NCBI GenBank assembly: GCA_951406725.2
Contig: OX597816.1
Span: forward strand, 28,706,001 to 28,770,000
DNA: 64,000 nt
Source of the DNA: Octopus vulgaris
Lineage: Eukaryota
Reading direction: 5' to 3'
Below are positions 13,706 through 26,995 of this stretch, piece by piece (position 1 is the stretch's first letter; each line of letters opens with the position of its first letter). A program made the position numbers and the translations under genes. The notes under the pieces are model-generated. The model worked only from the letters and a program-made list of their open reading frames with translations, had not been told where the DNA came from and ran no database searches.

Positions 13706-14319
13706 ATGAGAGAGAGTTTGTGTGTGTTTTCCTCTGAATTGCAGTAACGAATTTAAGCTTGTCGAACGCTAGCACTCATTCCATGAGCTTCTATTTGTTG
13801 TTTTCCCCCTCTGCTAGCACACACATGAATCAACCTCCTGCAAACAAACACACACACACACACACATGCATATATGTATCTTTGTGTGTATGTATACATA
13901 CAATTTATGCTCTTTGAGATTAAACTACCTTCAAATTATTTCCCATTCGATGTTAATAAATCAAAGTTTTTATCCACTTAAATTATGATCAAGCTTCGTA
14001 AATTCTTCAATTATGTTGGTTACCAGTGAGATCCAAGCTTTAGTCAACAATTCATAGCAGTATAGGTGGTTAATTTCTGTGAATAATTTAACATTGTAGA
14101 ACATCGGGAATACGTGTTATAGAGTATAAAAGCAAATCACCTAAACTTTTATGTTGGCAATCAAAATACCTGGAACACTTTTACCTGGACCTCAGGTTCC
14201 AGCCCCAAAGAAAGTTCCATTTCCTCAGTTATGACCATGTGTATATATTTGTATCCAGTATACTTTGAAAATATGAGAATATGACAAACTTTTCTTCGAT
14301 TACCTATGTAGTATCGAGC

Positions 14320-14470
14320 TGTGCAGGCGCTTGCTTGCTAAGAAACGTGCTTACCTTGTGGTGTTGAGTCCAGTCCCACTGCGTGGTATATCGATTAAGT
14401 TACTTGGATAAGCAAGTCCTTTAGAGTGGATTTGATCAAGGGAAACTAAAAGAATTCTGCTGTATATACG
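14320..14470 (+). mobile_element. Old diverged SINE family 1 head
   Basis: cagtcccactgcgtgg...gagtggatttg...ggaaactaaaagaa matches the SINE1 5' half. Confidence 0.55.
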
Positions 14471-14485
14471 CATGTATATATGTAA

Positions 14486-14564
<79 letters not shown>

Positions 14565-14876
14565 TAAAGGAATGCTGAATATATCTATCTATATCTACCT
14601 ACATACCTATATTTCTATTTATCTATTTCCATGGTCATGAAGCCTCAACCGAAAAAATAAAAACAATGTCCTCTTCTTCTAAACAAAATCGCCAAAAAAC
14701 ATCTGTTTTGTATAAATGAACAAGCCGTTTGTACATTCACAAAATTTTATTTGACAAGTTCGAGAAACGAAGGAAACAACCTAATAATAATGAATAAATG
14801 AATAGAAATTTTTCCAAAATTCTGACAATATTTTTTCTCACTATTCAATTTCTGTATCCAACACGTAACATTCTAT

Positions 14877-14908
<32 letters not shown>

Positions 14909-14984
14909 TGATAATAATATATATTATTTATATTATTATATGATCGAACGCCACGCATCCTTTTCCAAGTAAGTTTTGTGTGTG

Positions 14985-15042
<58 letters not shown>

Positions 15043-15574
15043 CATACACACGACAGGATTCCTAAAATATACTGACAATTTACTAGTGAGTACGAATACA
15101 TACCCGAGTATCTTTGCGTTTGCGTGTGTACATGTGTGTTTGTACATGTGTAGTCGTATGTGTGTGTGTGTGTGTGAGGGGGTGTCTGCTCGTTTGTTGC
15201 TTTGTTTATTTCCCGAAACATACATTCCCCAAACGTTACTATTGTTTTAGTTTGGAGAAATTTCGCCCATCATTTTTCGTTTGTATACTAAGGAGTACGC
15301 TTTCCATTATCATTGGTAGCTTTTGTGAGTTTTGCAGCTTCTTGTTATCTCCTAAACCATATTTGCCAACGTTGTTAGCTACTACTTGTTTTCCATTGTT
15401 TATTTTCATCGTTTGAATATTTTAAGTATTTTACGTTACTACATTTGGCTGTTTTATTTTAATTGATTTTTAATAATTTTCTCGTGACACCATTCCTACT
15501 TTGTCATTTTTATGTTCACTATTATTGAATATAGTTAGCGTAGTGCCAAAATTTGAAATATTGAATTCACAGAA

Positions 15575-15800
15575 GGCAGTGAGTAGGCAAAATCATTACC
15601 GCGCCGGGCAAACTACTTTGTGGCATTTCATCCGTCATTACAGTCTGAGTTCAATTTCTTACGAGGCCGACTTTTTCTTTCATCCTTTCAGGGTTCGTTA
15701 AAACGAGTAGAAGTTGGACAGTTGGGTCTATGTGATAGACTTACCTACTCCACCAAAGTTCCTAGCCTTGTGCCAAAATTTGATACCAATATTATTGAAT
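15575..15800 (+). mobile_element. SINE family 2, diverged
   Basis: ctgagttcaattt...tttcatcctttcaggg...ccttgtgccaaaatttga. Confidence 0.75.
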
Positions 15801-16834
15801 TCAATTAATTTACAATTCGTTATGTTGTAGTTGCAGTTAATTGTTGGGTTTGTTAACATTAAAATATTGCAAACATTGTTTTTTAATATTAATCCAGCTC
15901 ATATATTTCTAATTTTCTCATTAGAATTTTTGTTTTGTATCTTATCACTTTTATCTGATTTAAGTTTAAGGATGGGTAATTAAACATCATTACTCTCATT
16001 TTAGGGACTGAATGAAATGAATTATTAGCTTCCGCAAATTGACTCCTTCTTAGAAGAGTGTTTTTATATTTTCTGAACAGTATGTCAAAAGCGAATTAGT
16101 TTCGAAATGCCACTAGTGTTTTTGAGTGGATATTTTCAACTGTGAATAATATGAATCGTCCATTTAGAGGAGACAACATTTAAAGGCATTGTAGTTAAAA
16201 TCAGTTATTATATATACTTACATTTAAGCATCCTTGCTTTGTAAATATGTAACACCTATGATTTTAGTTGTGCATTTGCCTCCACTATTTTTCATCGTTG
16301 CCAAAGCACCTAATATTAGAAAACAACGAACAGAAAGAGAGAGAGAGAGACAGACAGACAGAGTGAGATAGATAGACAGATAGCTAGACAGAGAGAGGGA
16401 GAGTAAAGGGGGTGAGAGAGAGCGTGAAAGAGAGAGGAAGAAAGTGGGAGAGAGAAAGAGTTTGTTTCGAGAAACGTTATTATTTCAATATCTTGTCGCT
16501 CTTTCAAGCTACTCGTAACATGTAACCCATTAAAACTTTTCAAACACCACCCTGTGGCTTATCTTAATTTATATGTGTCGTTACATGGATAGTTTCCTCA
16601 TGTCTTTCAAGTTAATATGTCTCCAACGAGCTGACAGAATCGTCAGATCCCTGTAAGGTGACCTTTACCTTCTATTCTATCAGGATCGACAATATATTGT
16701 GTTGATTCAAAAGATTTACGATATCTTATATGCCTTATTCGTTATCTTACAACAAGAGCAATCTAAAATTCAAAGTAGAAGCCATCGTATTGCGCTGTCT
16801 GACGCCACGTTTTTGCCAGGTCTCTCATCCCACA

Positions 16835-17170
16835 GATATCAGTTCCTGTCCTTCGAGGTGAAGTACACTTTCACTGAAGCTCTCACCACCTATTGCAGGG
16901 ACTAAGGCATGGATCGGAACAAGTAGTCGTCAATAGACTATATGCTGGGTGTGGCATCACTGAATTGTATCATGTTGCTGGAAATCTTTCCGGGTGGTTC
17001 GAGTGGTATGACATCTTGCGTTGTCCTGCTGCAGAAGCGCTATTCGTAACAAACTCGTAGTGGATCCCTCACTCATAATTCTAGGAGACCCAGAACATCG
17101 CCTTTGTTCGAAACGCCCGTTCTTGGCGATAGGTTCCATAAGCCAGCCCTTACTTCACTACTCTTCAACC
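16835..17170 (-). mobile_element. Mariner transposase relic (DD34D region)
   Basis: Minus strand LLQQDNARCHT...HPAY...DDYLFRSM. Confidence 0.75.
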
Positions 17171-17189
17171 GTTTTTGCACGTCAGGATT

Positions 17190-17482
17190 GCGGGCATAAG
17201 TCATCTCCTTCTCAGTATTACTTATTCCGACCCGCGGCTCATTTCCTGCGCTCGAAAATTTCATCAACTAAGTGGTGGTGGAAACTTCAGTGAAGGCGTT
17301 CTTCGCCCTCGTGTTCAAGAACTGGCATCAGCGTGGGATAAAAGAACTGGCCGAAAGGTGGCTGGAAAGGTTGCTGCAACACGATGGCCTCTACTTTGAA
17401 TGCTAGGCTGATTTTGTTTTAACTTGACGAATAAAGTAAATATACTATCAAAATATTGCAAAAATTTTAACTTAACACAATA
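17190..17482 (+). mobile_element. Mariner transposase C-terminus and probable TIR
   Basis: Plus strand PSQYYLFRPAAHFL...WHQRGIKELAERW...HDGLYFEC*. Confidence 0.75.
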
Positions 17483-18002
17483 TATTACCATTCATAGTAA
17501 CATTTAACCCACTTCTCTCAAAGCTGCCGAATTTAAAAGATATCGTTACTTCTCGAAGCAAAGTGTATTCCCGTGTAGCACAACTTTCACGTTTTCTTAA
17601 ATCATGTACTTGCAGTATATATTATTGTTAAATTAAGTTTCGAATTGAATGGCTGCTCTCTGTATCAAATTCTGCTGATTGACGTATTTATTATTGTAAG
17701 TAGATATAACATTGAAGCATACTTGTGGCTTCCTCAGAGCTAATTCTCAATTCTTCTAATTCCAAAGAATTGGAATTACGTTTCTCATCTTCAACATACT
17801 AAGGAAATTTATCAATAAATACTTAGATTTTTTATAGTTTCTCCAAATGTTGCGTCAATAAACAGACTGTCTTCTGAACCAGTAGTAAAAATATCCATTT
17901 TAAGTTGTTTTTGGTTTCCTTGTAAAGGTTTATTACGAGTTTGTTATTTGCAGTTAAGGCCGAGTTATTTTGATACTTATTAAAGAAGTATTTTACACTT
18001 AT

Positions 18003-18174
18003 AGGCGCAGGAGTGGCTGTGTGGTAAGTAGCTTGCCTACCAACCACATGGTTCCGGGTTCAGTCACACTGCGTGGCATCTTGGGCAAGTATCTTCTGCT
18101 ATAGCCTCGGGCCGACCAAAGCCTTGTGAGTGGATTTGTTAGACGGAAACTAAATGAAGCCTGTCGTATATATG

Positions 18175-18213
<39 letters not shown>

Positions 18214-18428
18214 ATGTTTGTGTGTCTGTGTTTGTCCCTCTAGCATTGCTTGACAACCGATGCTGTTGTGTTTACGTCCCCGTCACTTAGCGGTTTGGCA
18301 AAAGAAACCGATGGAATAAGTACTGGGCTTACAAAGAATAAGTCCCGGGGTCGATTTGCTCGACTAAAGGCGGTACTCCAGCATGGCCGCACTCAAATGA
18401 CTGAAACAAGTAAAAGAGTAAAAGAGAG
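18003..18428 (+). mobile_element. SINE family 1, full length
   Basis: ggcgcaggagtggctgtgtggtaag...gggttcagtc head; internal (TA)n; gtaaaagagtaaaagag tail. Confidence 0.92.
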
Positions 18429-18559
18429 AGTTATTGAATGAGCCCCAACCTGGCTTCAGTATTTGATTGAAGCAGTAAAAGATAATGATGATAGTTTGAT
18501 GTTGATGTCATTGTTATCCTCCTCCTCCTCCTCCTATTTTTTCTTTTGATTATTATTAA

Positions 18560-18720
18560 GAATCGTTAACACGTCGGGCAAAATGCTTACCGGCATTTCG
18601 TTCGTCCTTACATTCTGAGTCCAAATTCCGCCGAGATCGACTTTGCCTTTCATCCCTTTGGGGGTCGATAAAATATGTTCCAGTGAACAAAGTGGGTCAA
18701 TGTCGTAGACTTGTCGGCTT
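18560..18720 (+). mobile_element. SINE family 2, diverged
   Basis: aatcgttaacacgtcgggc...aaattccgccgagatcgactttgcctttcatccc. Confidence 0.8.
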
Positions 18721-18856
18721 TCCCATTATTTCATACGTATACGTGTCATTATTCTGTTTATTTCAAAAATGCTTGCCAATAGAGAAATAATCGGTTTCTA
18801 ACCTAGATTCAAAGTTACTTCATTGCAATTTCAACATCAACAACAAGGTAGCTTTG

Positions 18857-18876
18857 TATGTATGTATGTATATATG

Positions 18877-18908
<32 letters not shown>

Positions 18909-18985
18909 TGTATGTATGTATGTATGTATGTATGTATGTATGTATGTACGTATGTATGTATGTATGTTTGTATGTACGTATGTAC
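18857..18985. repeat. (TATG)n microsatellite
   Basis: Direct observation. Confidence 0.95.
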
Positions 18986-19089
18986 ATATTTTTATGTATT
19001 CTTATGCATATAGTTACATATCTAGACATGCTCAAATATATTTAAATGATAAAATTCTGAAAACTTTTACAGATGTTTGCAGTTCTGGA

Positions 19090-20515
19090 TTGGGTCTATA
19101 GTCTTCGAATTAGCTTTCTCCATTCTGATTTTGAGACGCCTAATTTCTTAAGATTGGTATTTAGGGCCCCAATAATTACAGATATAAACCTGAACTTATA
19201 ATCTGGATAGAATAACTGCAGATTTCTCAATAGTTTAGCATAGGTGTTCTCTTTTTCACCTATCTTCAGCTTTCACATCCGCTGGGCAACTAATTTCCAC
19301 TACTGTGCATAGTTTTTCTACTCAATCTCAAAACATTATATCAGGTTTATTGTTTTTACATTTTACGTATCAGGCCTTAAATTTTATTGAATTTTTCTCT
19401 GGTACATTCCACCAGTATTCCTTTTCATTATGAGTGGCTATTGCTTCTACCATATTGAGGGATTTTATTTATCTGTCCTTGGGATTATCCTTCCGACAGA
19501 TTTCATTATAGAGTGCTCTAGCTACAACGTCATGCTTTATCAGTAGATGATAGCTTGATGACATTTTCGGACAACTGCTTATGATGTGGGTGATATCTTC
19601 AGTGTGAACTCCACAAAGTCTGCATCGGTTGTCACACTTTACGGCTTCTCCCGCATCTCCATCCCTTCTGTGCATCAGGCACTTGGTTGATATTTCCTGT
19701 TCCTGCATTGCAAAGGTATACTCTTCAAAGTGGGAGGTAGTAATCCAGCTATTCATCCTTGATAAACTACTTTGACGATCGATGTTGCTATCATCACGAT
19801 ACTTTCTACTTACATATTCATACATATTCTTCTCCTCATATAGGCTCATTCTCTCATCTGATATCATGTTGCAGTAGAGTCGTACGACTTGTTTGGGCAT
19901 GTAATCTAGGTTATCAGACAAAGAGTGTTGCTCAATGAGCTGCCTTCCAAATCTTATGATGTTATCAGCCTCATGTATGCAAACTTGGTCAAGGGATGCA
20001 CTTCGACGCTTGGTGGTTAAAAGATGTTGCCGAAGGGATATAATGCGACATTCAAAGGCATTTTGGATCGATGTTAAGCCGCTGTCGCCGTGTTTACGTT
20101 TTAACTAGAGGAGGTCTTCGTCACTGTTTATGTGGAAATTGTGTGTTCTTATTAGTATCTTTCGGGTTTTCACATCAATGGTTTAGATCTCATCAAGCGC
20201 CCAATCAAGCAGTCAAAATGCTGGTGTGAGTACTGGCACTGAAAACACATTGTGGGCCACTGTTTTATTGGGTGCAGAGAGTTCTAAGGTCCAAATATTC
20301 TTTAATGACACGTATTTTGTTACAGGTGCCATTGTGTGATGTACCTAGCCTGGTTTATGACTTCCCACTTTTCAAAACCATATAACAACATTTATCCTGA
20401 CCAAACTCCAACCCGACGTCCTTTGAGAATGTTGTAACTACGTCAAGGCTCTTTTTCATCACATGCATATTATTTACATAAAGTTTTTAAGTCATCCACA
20501 AAGAAACTGTGTACG
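19090..20515 (-). mobile_element. R4/Dong-like non-LTR retrotransposon 3' fragment (RT end, CCHC, restriction-like endonuclease)
   Basis: HSFFVDDLKLY near 20480-20510; CRLCGVHTEDITHIISSC (CCHC) then KHDVVA; NNKPDIMF...VVEISCPAD...VIIGAL (PD-(D/E)xK type). Confidence 0.88.
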
Positions 20516-20636
20516 GACAGATAGACAAGAGGAGAAACAACAATTAGAAGGACAGGCAAAATACAAGACGTGTCATTCATCTCTTTCTTTCATCAGTCAA
20601 GTCCCAGAAGTCACGACCATTACGGGCAGTTACACT

Positions 20637-20733
<97 letters not shown>

Positions 20734-20745
20734 TGCAGCACGGAC

Positions 20746-20795
20746 TTTGTCAGTGAACAGGTCGCGGATTTTAGCGACGAAAATATTTTGACAAA
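20746..20795 (+). ncRNA. Minimal type-I hammerhead-like motif with G3-C8 core variant
   Basis: tttgtca GTGAACA g gtcgc-ggatttta-gcgac GAA AATATT T tgacaaa: 7-bp stem I, 5-bp stem II, palindromic stem III. Confidence 0.6.
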
Positions 20796-20932
20796 TTAAA
20801 CTTAAATGTTGGAGTGAATCGAACGGCTTTTGTGTGTTTCTTAAATGGCTTATAAACACCTCCCACGCTGCAATTGTTGTGTATATATATATATATAGGT
20901 GAGAAAGTTGGTGTGTGAAAGAACGTGGTTGA

Positions 20933-21216
20933 ATATATAGAAAATAGTAAAAAGTGAAAAAACTACAGAAGGCTTGTTTTAAAAGGTTAAAAAATATATT
21001 TGAGTCATTATGTCAGCAGAATGTTATAAAATTTTTTCATAACGAAGTCATAACACGATGTTTTGAGAAATTTGAAAAGTTAACAAGAAACCGGTAATTT
21101 CTTCAAAAACTATGTCACTGTATGAAAACATTTTATAACATTCTTCTGACATAATGACTCAAATATATTTTTTAACCTTTTAAAACAAGCCTTCTGTAGT
21201 TTTTATACTTTTATAC

Positions 21217-21230
<14 letters not shown>
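20933..21230. repeat. Long inverted repeat (about 100-bp arms) flanked by (TA)n with an HHR-like motif in the loop
   Basis: About 20933-21040 is the reverse complement of about 21122-21230; loop 21067-21101 reads gaaat TTGAAAA gttaacaa GAAACCGGTA atttc. Confidence 0.85.
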
Positions 21231-21265
<35 letters not shown>

Positions 21266-24200
21266 CACGTATTTAGTTGTGTTTTTATAGACACGTACAA
21301 TAAAATATGGAGTCGATCAGTGAGGCGGAACAAATATTGCAACACATGCTCCATATCAGATGCTTCTACTTGTTACATACTTGACATTTCCGTCTCTTTA
21401 GAACATATTCTTGCCTAATGTTTATGCAAATACTTTCTAACTATGTTACACTTTCTAGCCTATGATGTAGTATGTGTTTATATGCAATTAGTTCATATCT
21501 TATACTCTTCTATTTTCTTTATGTAAAATCTTCTTCACCTTAAATTTTGGAGTATTGCATTAGTGGGAGTCCCTTCTCCAGTTTCATGTTTACAACGCTT
21601 GTTGATGTTCTTACCTCATGCCAACATAAATTTCTGCTCTTTGTGCGCATGACAGTTTTAATCTGTACTTCTTTTATCTGTCCCTTTTCTTATTCTTCTA
21701 TCTCACTCTTCGTTTAATTCACATGATACTATTAATCTGCATCTTTACAACAACTTATCCCCGACTTTGCGTCCTCCTTCAAAACTCCTCTACTGCAATC
21801 CTTACAAAAGCGTTTTCCCCACGTCTTGCCATGCGCTAACACATCTACACTACTCTTAGTCTATTTCTGTTCTTATTGCGCTTTCTACTACTGCATTATC
21901 AGCATCTATCTCTCTATCGCTCTCTTACGTATCTATCTGCTTCTGCGCTCTATTTTCTTTGTATTTCGCCCAGGAGAAATAAAAATGACTGAAACAGAAT
22001 GTTCACAAACAATCAGCTCATACCACTCAGTATTTTAGTTGCAATTCTTTTTTTATCAATTTTAGCTGGCTGAGAGTATCATTAGTTTCTTTGGATTCCG
22101 GATCTTACTTAAAGAAAACAGAGTTTAGTGGAAATTTCTCGTCTTGATGATTGAAAGCACGCTGCACTCTCTTGACATCAAATAACAAAACGGAGAAGAC
22201 CGGACGTTCAATTATTGATCATATTGCGTCTCGGTATCATTTTCAGCCTTAGTGAAATATTCCTTTCTTTGAAGATCAGTTCATACAATAATAACACTAA
22301 TGTTGTATTGTGACTAGAGTTAATTGAAGGAACTTCCATCGATCAACTAGCTTTTACCTAAAATCGATTATAATTGATCTCAGTATGGATGTCATCACAT
22401 CCAATTATTCTAATACGGTTGAAAGAAAATGCTGCGAACATGATTTCTTAAATAATGAGTGATCTAGATTTGGAAGTGTAAGGATGAAAATTTCAGGGCT
22501 ATTCTCTATTTTTAAAAATGTAGTTCTGAATCCCATTTCTTAATACATTGAACAATAGGCAAGAAAGTTAATTGATAGCCTTTTTCTCTCCGTATTTATA
22601 GACTTCTATCTTTTGCTTACAAAGAAAAAAATCTCCCACTTCTATATTACTGTCGAAAGTAGACTATTTGCGACGGCGAGATAACTTTTCTAGTTTCGAC
22701 ATCATACAGTCAGTGACGCTTTGATGTCGTAAGAGCTTGACCTGCAAAATTTCCATCTCAGTCAATGTAAGATAGAATGTGTTCGGATTACTCAGTTTTT
22801 GTAAACAATGCAACAACGAAGTACATGATAACTGCGAGGTCATTGAACGTACATCATCTTTGCACAGTCCTCAAGAAGTAGAAGCCTAAAACCACGTAAA
22901 ATCGACTATATTCTCTCGGAAAATGAATGATCTTTCATGTTGCAATGCTAGATGTCCTTAGAAAACCTTGGATAGTCACTGTTTGGATATATTTGAGCAC
23001 ATATTTGTTCGATCTGAATTGACCTGAGATTAAGTGTCAATAACATCATCATTTTATCGCTTTTAGCGCTTTGCTCTATTCCAGTTTTAGCGCTATGCTC
23101 GATTCCAGTTTCTTCTGTTCACCTCCTACCCTCTTAATAAATCCAATGAGGTGACCTCAGCTTAAATTATATTGTCAGCTCGATCCACCAACATCAATAC
23201 GCAGGACTAGAGAGAGCATATAGGTATTCTCAATGATGTTAAAATTAGCAGCCAATCTTTCTTTTCCTCGCGTTCTAAAATCGTAAAAGGAAAATGTATT
23301 GTGAGAAATATCATAAATGCATAAAGAGGGCTGTCAAAAATGGAAAGGCTGATTTAGGGCAATCATATCACAACGACGATGACCACCGCCATTACAATCA
23401 CTAGCACCACCACCACTACCACTACGAACACTTCAACATCCACCACCACTGCCACTACCACCGCCACCATCATCAATAAAATCTACAATAAAATAATGAA
23501 GTGCCATTTCTAACAGATCAAACGTCACAAATTCAATAGAGAACTAGAAAACTTAAATGAATGTCATTATCTGCTAATAGAAATCACAGAATTATAGTAT
23601 ACAGATTTAGTATATAACGCATTCCATGCATTGAAAGCTAATGGTGAATATCGTAAAGTTCCAGATGAGCTAAGACCACCAACCGTTTTATATTCTAGGT
23701 ATAGAAGCTAATTTACTTTTATACCCAGTACTCCGAAGAGTATAATAAAGAGAAAACTTAAACGTCATAATCTTGCAATTCTACCTAAAATTACCAAATG
23801 GTACATCCTAGCATTCGAAGAAAGGAAGTGGAGTTGATGTTCTATCGATTGTGCCACGCCCAAAACATCTTATACAGAAATATCATTGTGATTGATTTTG
23901 ATTAAAGAATAAAGTATAAATACAAGCAGTTTGAACTGAGTCATAGTATATAACTGATACTATATTTATTATAGTTTCTTCATTCTTCAAACTATAACCA
24001 GCAAATTTATTCCCGGGTTAGTCAATATTAAAAGAATGAAATACTGTCTGTTATAACACACATACATGCATTGATTTCTATCACTATGAGCACAAAGATC
24101 CAATTGTTCTGGAAGCGTATAACGGTTATAACGACACTCGAAGGTGACAAATTCTATATTTCATTAACCCCAGAAGGTTGAAAGACTATGTTGAATTTGC

Positions 24201-24845
24201 ATGAATTCATGTATTATAAAGCAGTTTGTAAAACGTATTTTAAGCCTATCATCATATACATAGTAATCTAAATGTAATCGAATCACTTTTACAAGCTAGA
24301 CCACATTAAAACCAATTGAAATTATCGGTCATTGATAATGAAACAATGAGAAAATAACAAAATCAACGAAACAATATTTACTTATTTATTCCTATTTCGC
24401 TGTTTTATGCATACACAATGATACAGTCTTATTAAAAGGAAGAATCGATCGAAAATTGATTGAGATAACACAATAAGACAATACATGATTTACAGATAAG
24501 CACAAAACAAAGAAGTTGTGATCAGCTGTTAGTGCTAAGTCCTTTCTGATTTCATCTCACATATATACAACAGTAGAGTCGCTGTATGTGCAATATATGG
24601 TAGCAATAACATTCACAGTTGCACTTTACATTCTGCTGGGACAAAGGTCAATTTACATTTTGTATTCAATGAAACAAGATGGAATAGCACGGGATTGTTT
24701 TACTTTCTGGTACAGATCTACTGAACAGAGCTGATCTAGCGTTAAAGATCATGATATCGCCTCCAACACCACAACTGATTCCAGTGATCCGCCGCCACAC
24801 GCCACTGCCTTCAGGACAGCAGAGAATCAATTATAATAATGGCGA

Positions 24846-24889
24846 TAGTAGTAGTAATAGTAGTAGTAGTAGTAGTAGTGGTAGTAGTT

Positions 24890-24933
<44 letters not shown>

Positions 24934-24973
24934 GGTAGTAGTAGTAGTGGTGGTTGTAGTAGTAGTAGTAGTG

Positions 24974-25009
<36 letters not shown>

Positions 25010-25073
25010 TAACATGAATGATATAGTAGTAGTTGCAGCAGTAGTAGCAACAGCAACAGCAGCAGCAGTAGTG

Positions 25074-25124
<51 letters not shown>

Positions 25125-25140
25125 ATAGTAGTAATAGTAG
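24846..25140. repeat. (TAG)n/(TGG)n compound microsatellite
   Basis: Direct observation. Confidence 0.95.
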
Positions 25141-25310
25141 TTTCAAATTTTAACACAAGGCCAAAATTTTCGGGGAAAGGGATAAGTAGATTACATTGAA
25201 CCCAGTACTCAACTGGTACTTATCTTATCGTCTCCAAAATGACGAAAGGCAAAGACGAACTCTGCAGAACCAAAAGAAGGACGAAATGCTGCTAAGCATT
25301 TTGCCCAGTT
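25138..25310 (-). mobile_element. SINE family 2, diverged, tail abutting (TAG)n
   Basis: tttcaaattttaacacaaggcc...aactggtacttat...gaaaggcaaag...gacgaaatgctgctaagcattttgccc. Confidence 0.75.
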
Positions 25311-25327
25311 TGCTGTGTAGTAGTAGA

Positions 25328-25680
<353 letters not shown>

Positions 25681-25890
25681 ATTAATTTCTTCTTGCTTTT
25701 CAAACACGCAAATATTCCTTTTTGGTATTTAGGACAATTAAAAGCACCTCCAAATTTGAAAACGCAGAACACTTTCCAGATTTGGGTTTGCATTTGAAGT
25801 GTTGCATCATATCAAGCCTCGTCACATGGTTAAATGAGTAGTTCATTCAAATCCTATCATATATCTATCACATATGGATAACAAGTTGCA

Positions 25891-25944
25891 AACCTGAAGG
25901 TGGTGAATGTACCACCAAAAGAAGATATCTTGAAACTGGTTGTT
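25891..25944 (+). ncRNA. Degenerate hammerhead-like motif
   Basis: aac CTGAAGG tggt-gaatgt-acca... GAAACTGGTT gtt. Confidence 0.35.
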
Positions 25945-26836
25945 ACATTTTTTTCCGAATGATTAAGATCAGGCAGGTTTAAACCTTCACTAAATGCGCT
26001 AAGAAAATGTGTTGGTTAAAGATATGGAGACAAAAGAACCAAGATTAAAGTGAAGCTATACCAAAATTAAGGAAACTGGAACTTTTTAATAGTGACTGTA
26101 GAGGTACAAATCCTTAGTTTTACATTCGTGGCTTGACTTAGCAATTTTCTGTCCACAGCTGCGAGCAAATCAAATATGAACACCATTGAAGACAAGGCCA
26201 GAACCTGTTTTCCAGCGTCTAATACAATATTTAAAAAAATGGCTTCTCTTGAAATACAAGAGTAGCGGTAACTATTGAAGTAACCGAATCAACGAAAAGA
26301 ACATCTGGAAACTTCATGAGATCAACAAAAGCAACAGAAGAACAACGTTGTCAATATCAATATAAGTGTCTCTCAAACCAATGTTGATACCTTCCGCACA
26401 AAGGTCTTGATAAATTATGGATGCTGAAACGTAGCAATGCAGGCCAGTGATGTTGTTGCTTGGCAGTGCAGATCGCAAATGATGTGAAAAACAGACAAGC
26501 CTGGCCTTCAATGCTATCAGAGGCTGATGACATTGCCGTTGCTGGATAAAGTGACCATTCCAAAATGGACGTGGAGAAAGAAAACCGTGCTACACGTATT
26601 AGACCAGTATCTGAACACTGATGCTTTGTGTGATTTTGTCGAGTAGTCATTATCACACTTTGTACTGATCCATATATCAGTTGAATCTCTCGGGAAGATT
26701 GATCCACTGATTTTCTTTGCTTAGTAAAGTCATATTATTTCCCCCGGTCTAATCACCATGGTGATAGAATATGTGTTATGGAAGAGACTGAAAGTAAGAC
26801 AGACATTGTTTTTCGGTGGTCAAATTCTCACAAACA

Positions 26837-26995
26837 TTTTCAAGTTTCACTTGTGCCTAAATTTTCAACAAATTTACTGGATAACGCTGCCTCCCTTTCT
26901 ATCCTGATATTCCTTTCGAAGTGAAACTTGAAAACGTATCAGGATAGAAAGGGAGGTAGCGTTATCCAGTAAATTTGTTGAAAATTTAGGCACAA
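26837..26995. repeat. Near-perfect inverted duplication (A-B-spacer-A'-B')
   Basis: 26851-26909 is the reverse complement of 26937-26995 (one mismatch); 26837-26852 is the reverse complement of 26919-26934. Confidence 0.9.

Noticed and set aside
18003-18075. tRNA-like sequence
   Set aside because: It is the tRNA-derived head of a SINE, as in all SINE copies here, not a tRNA gene.
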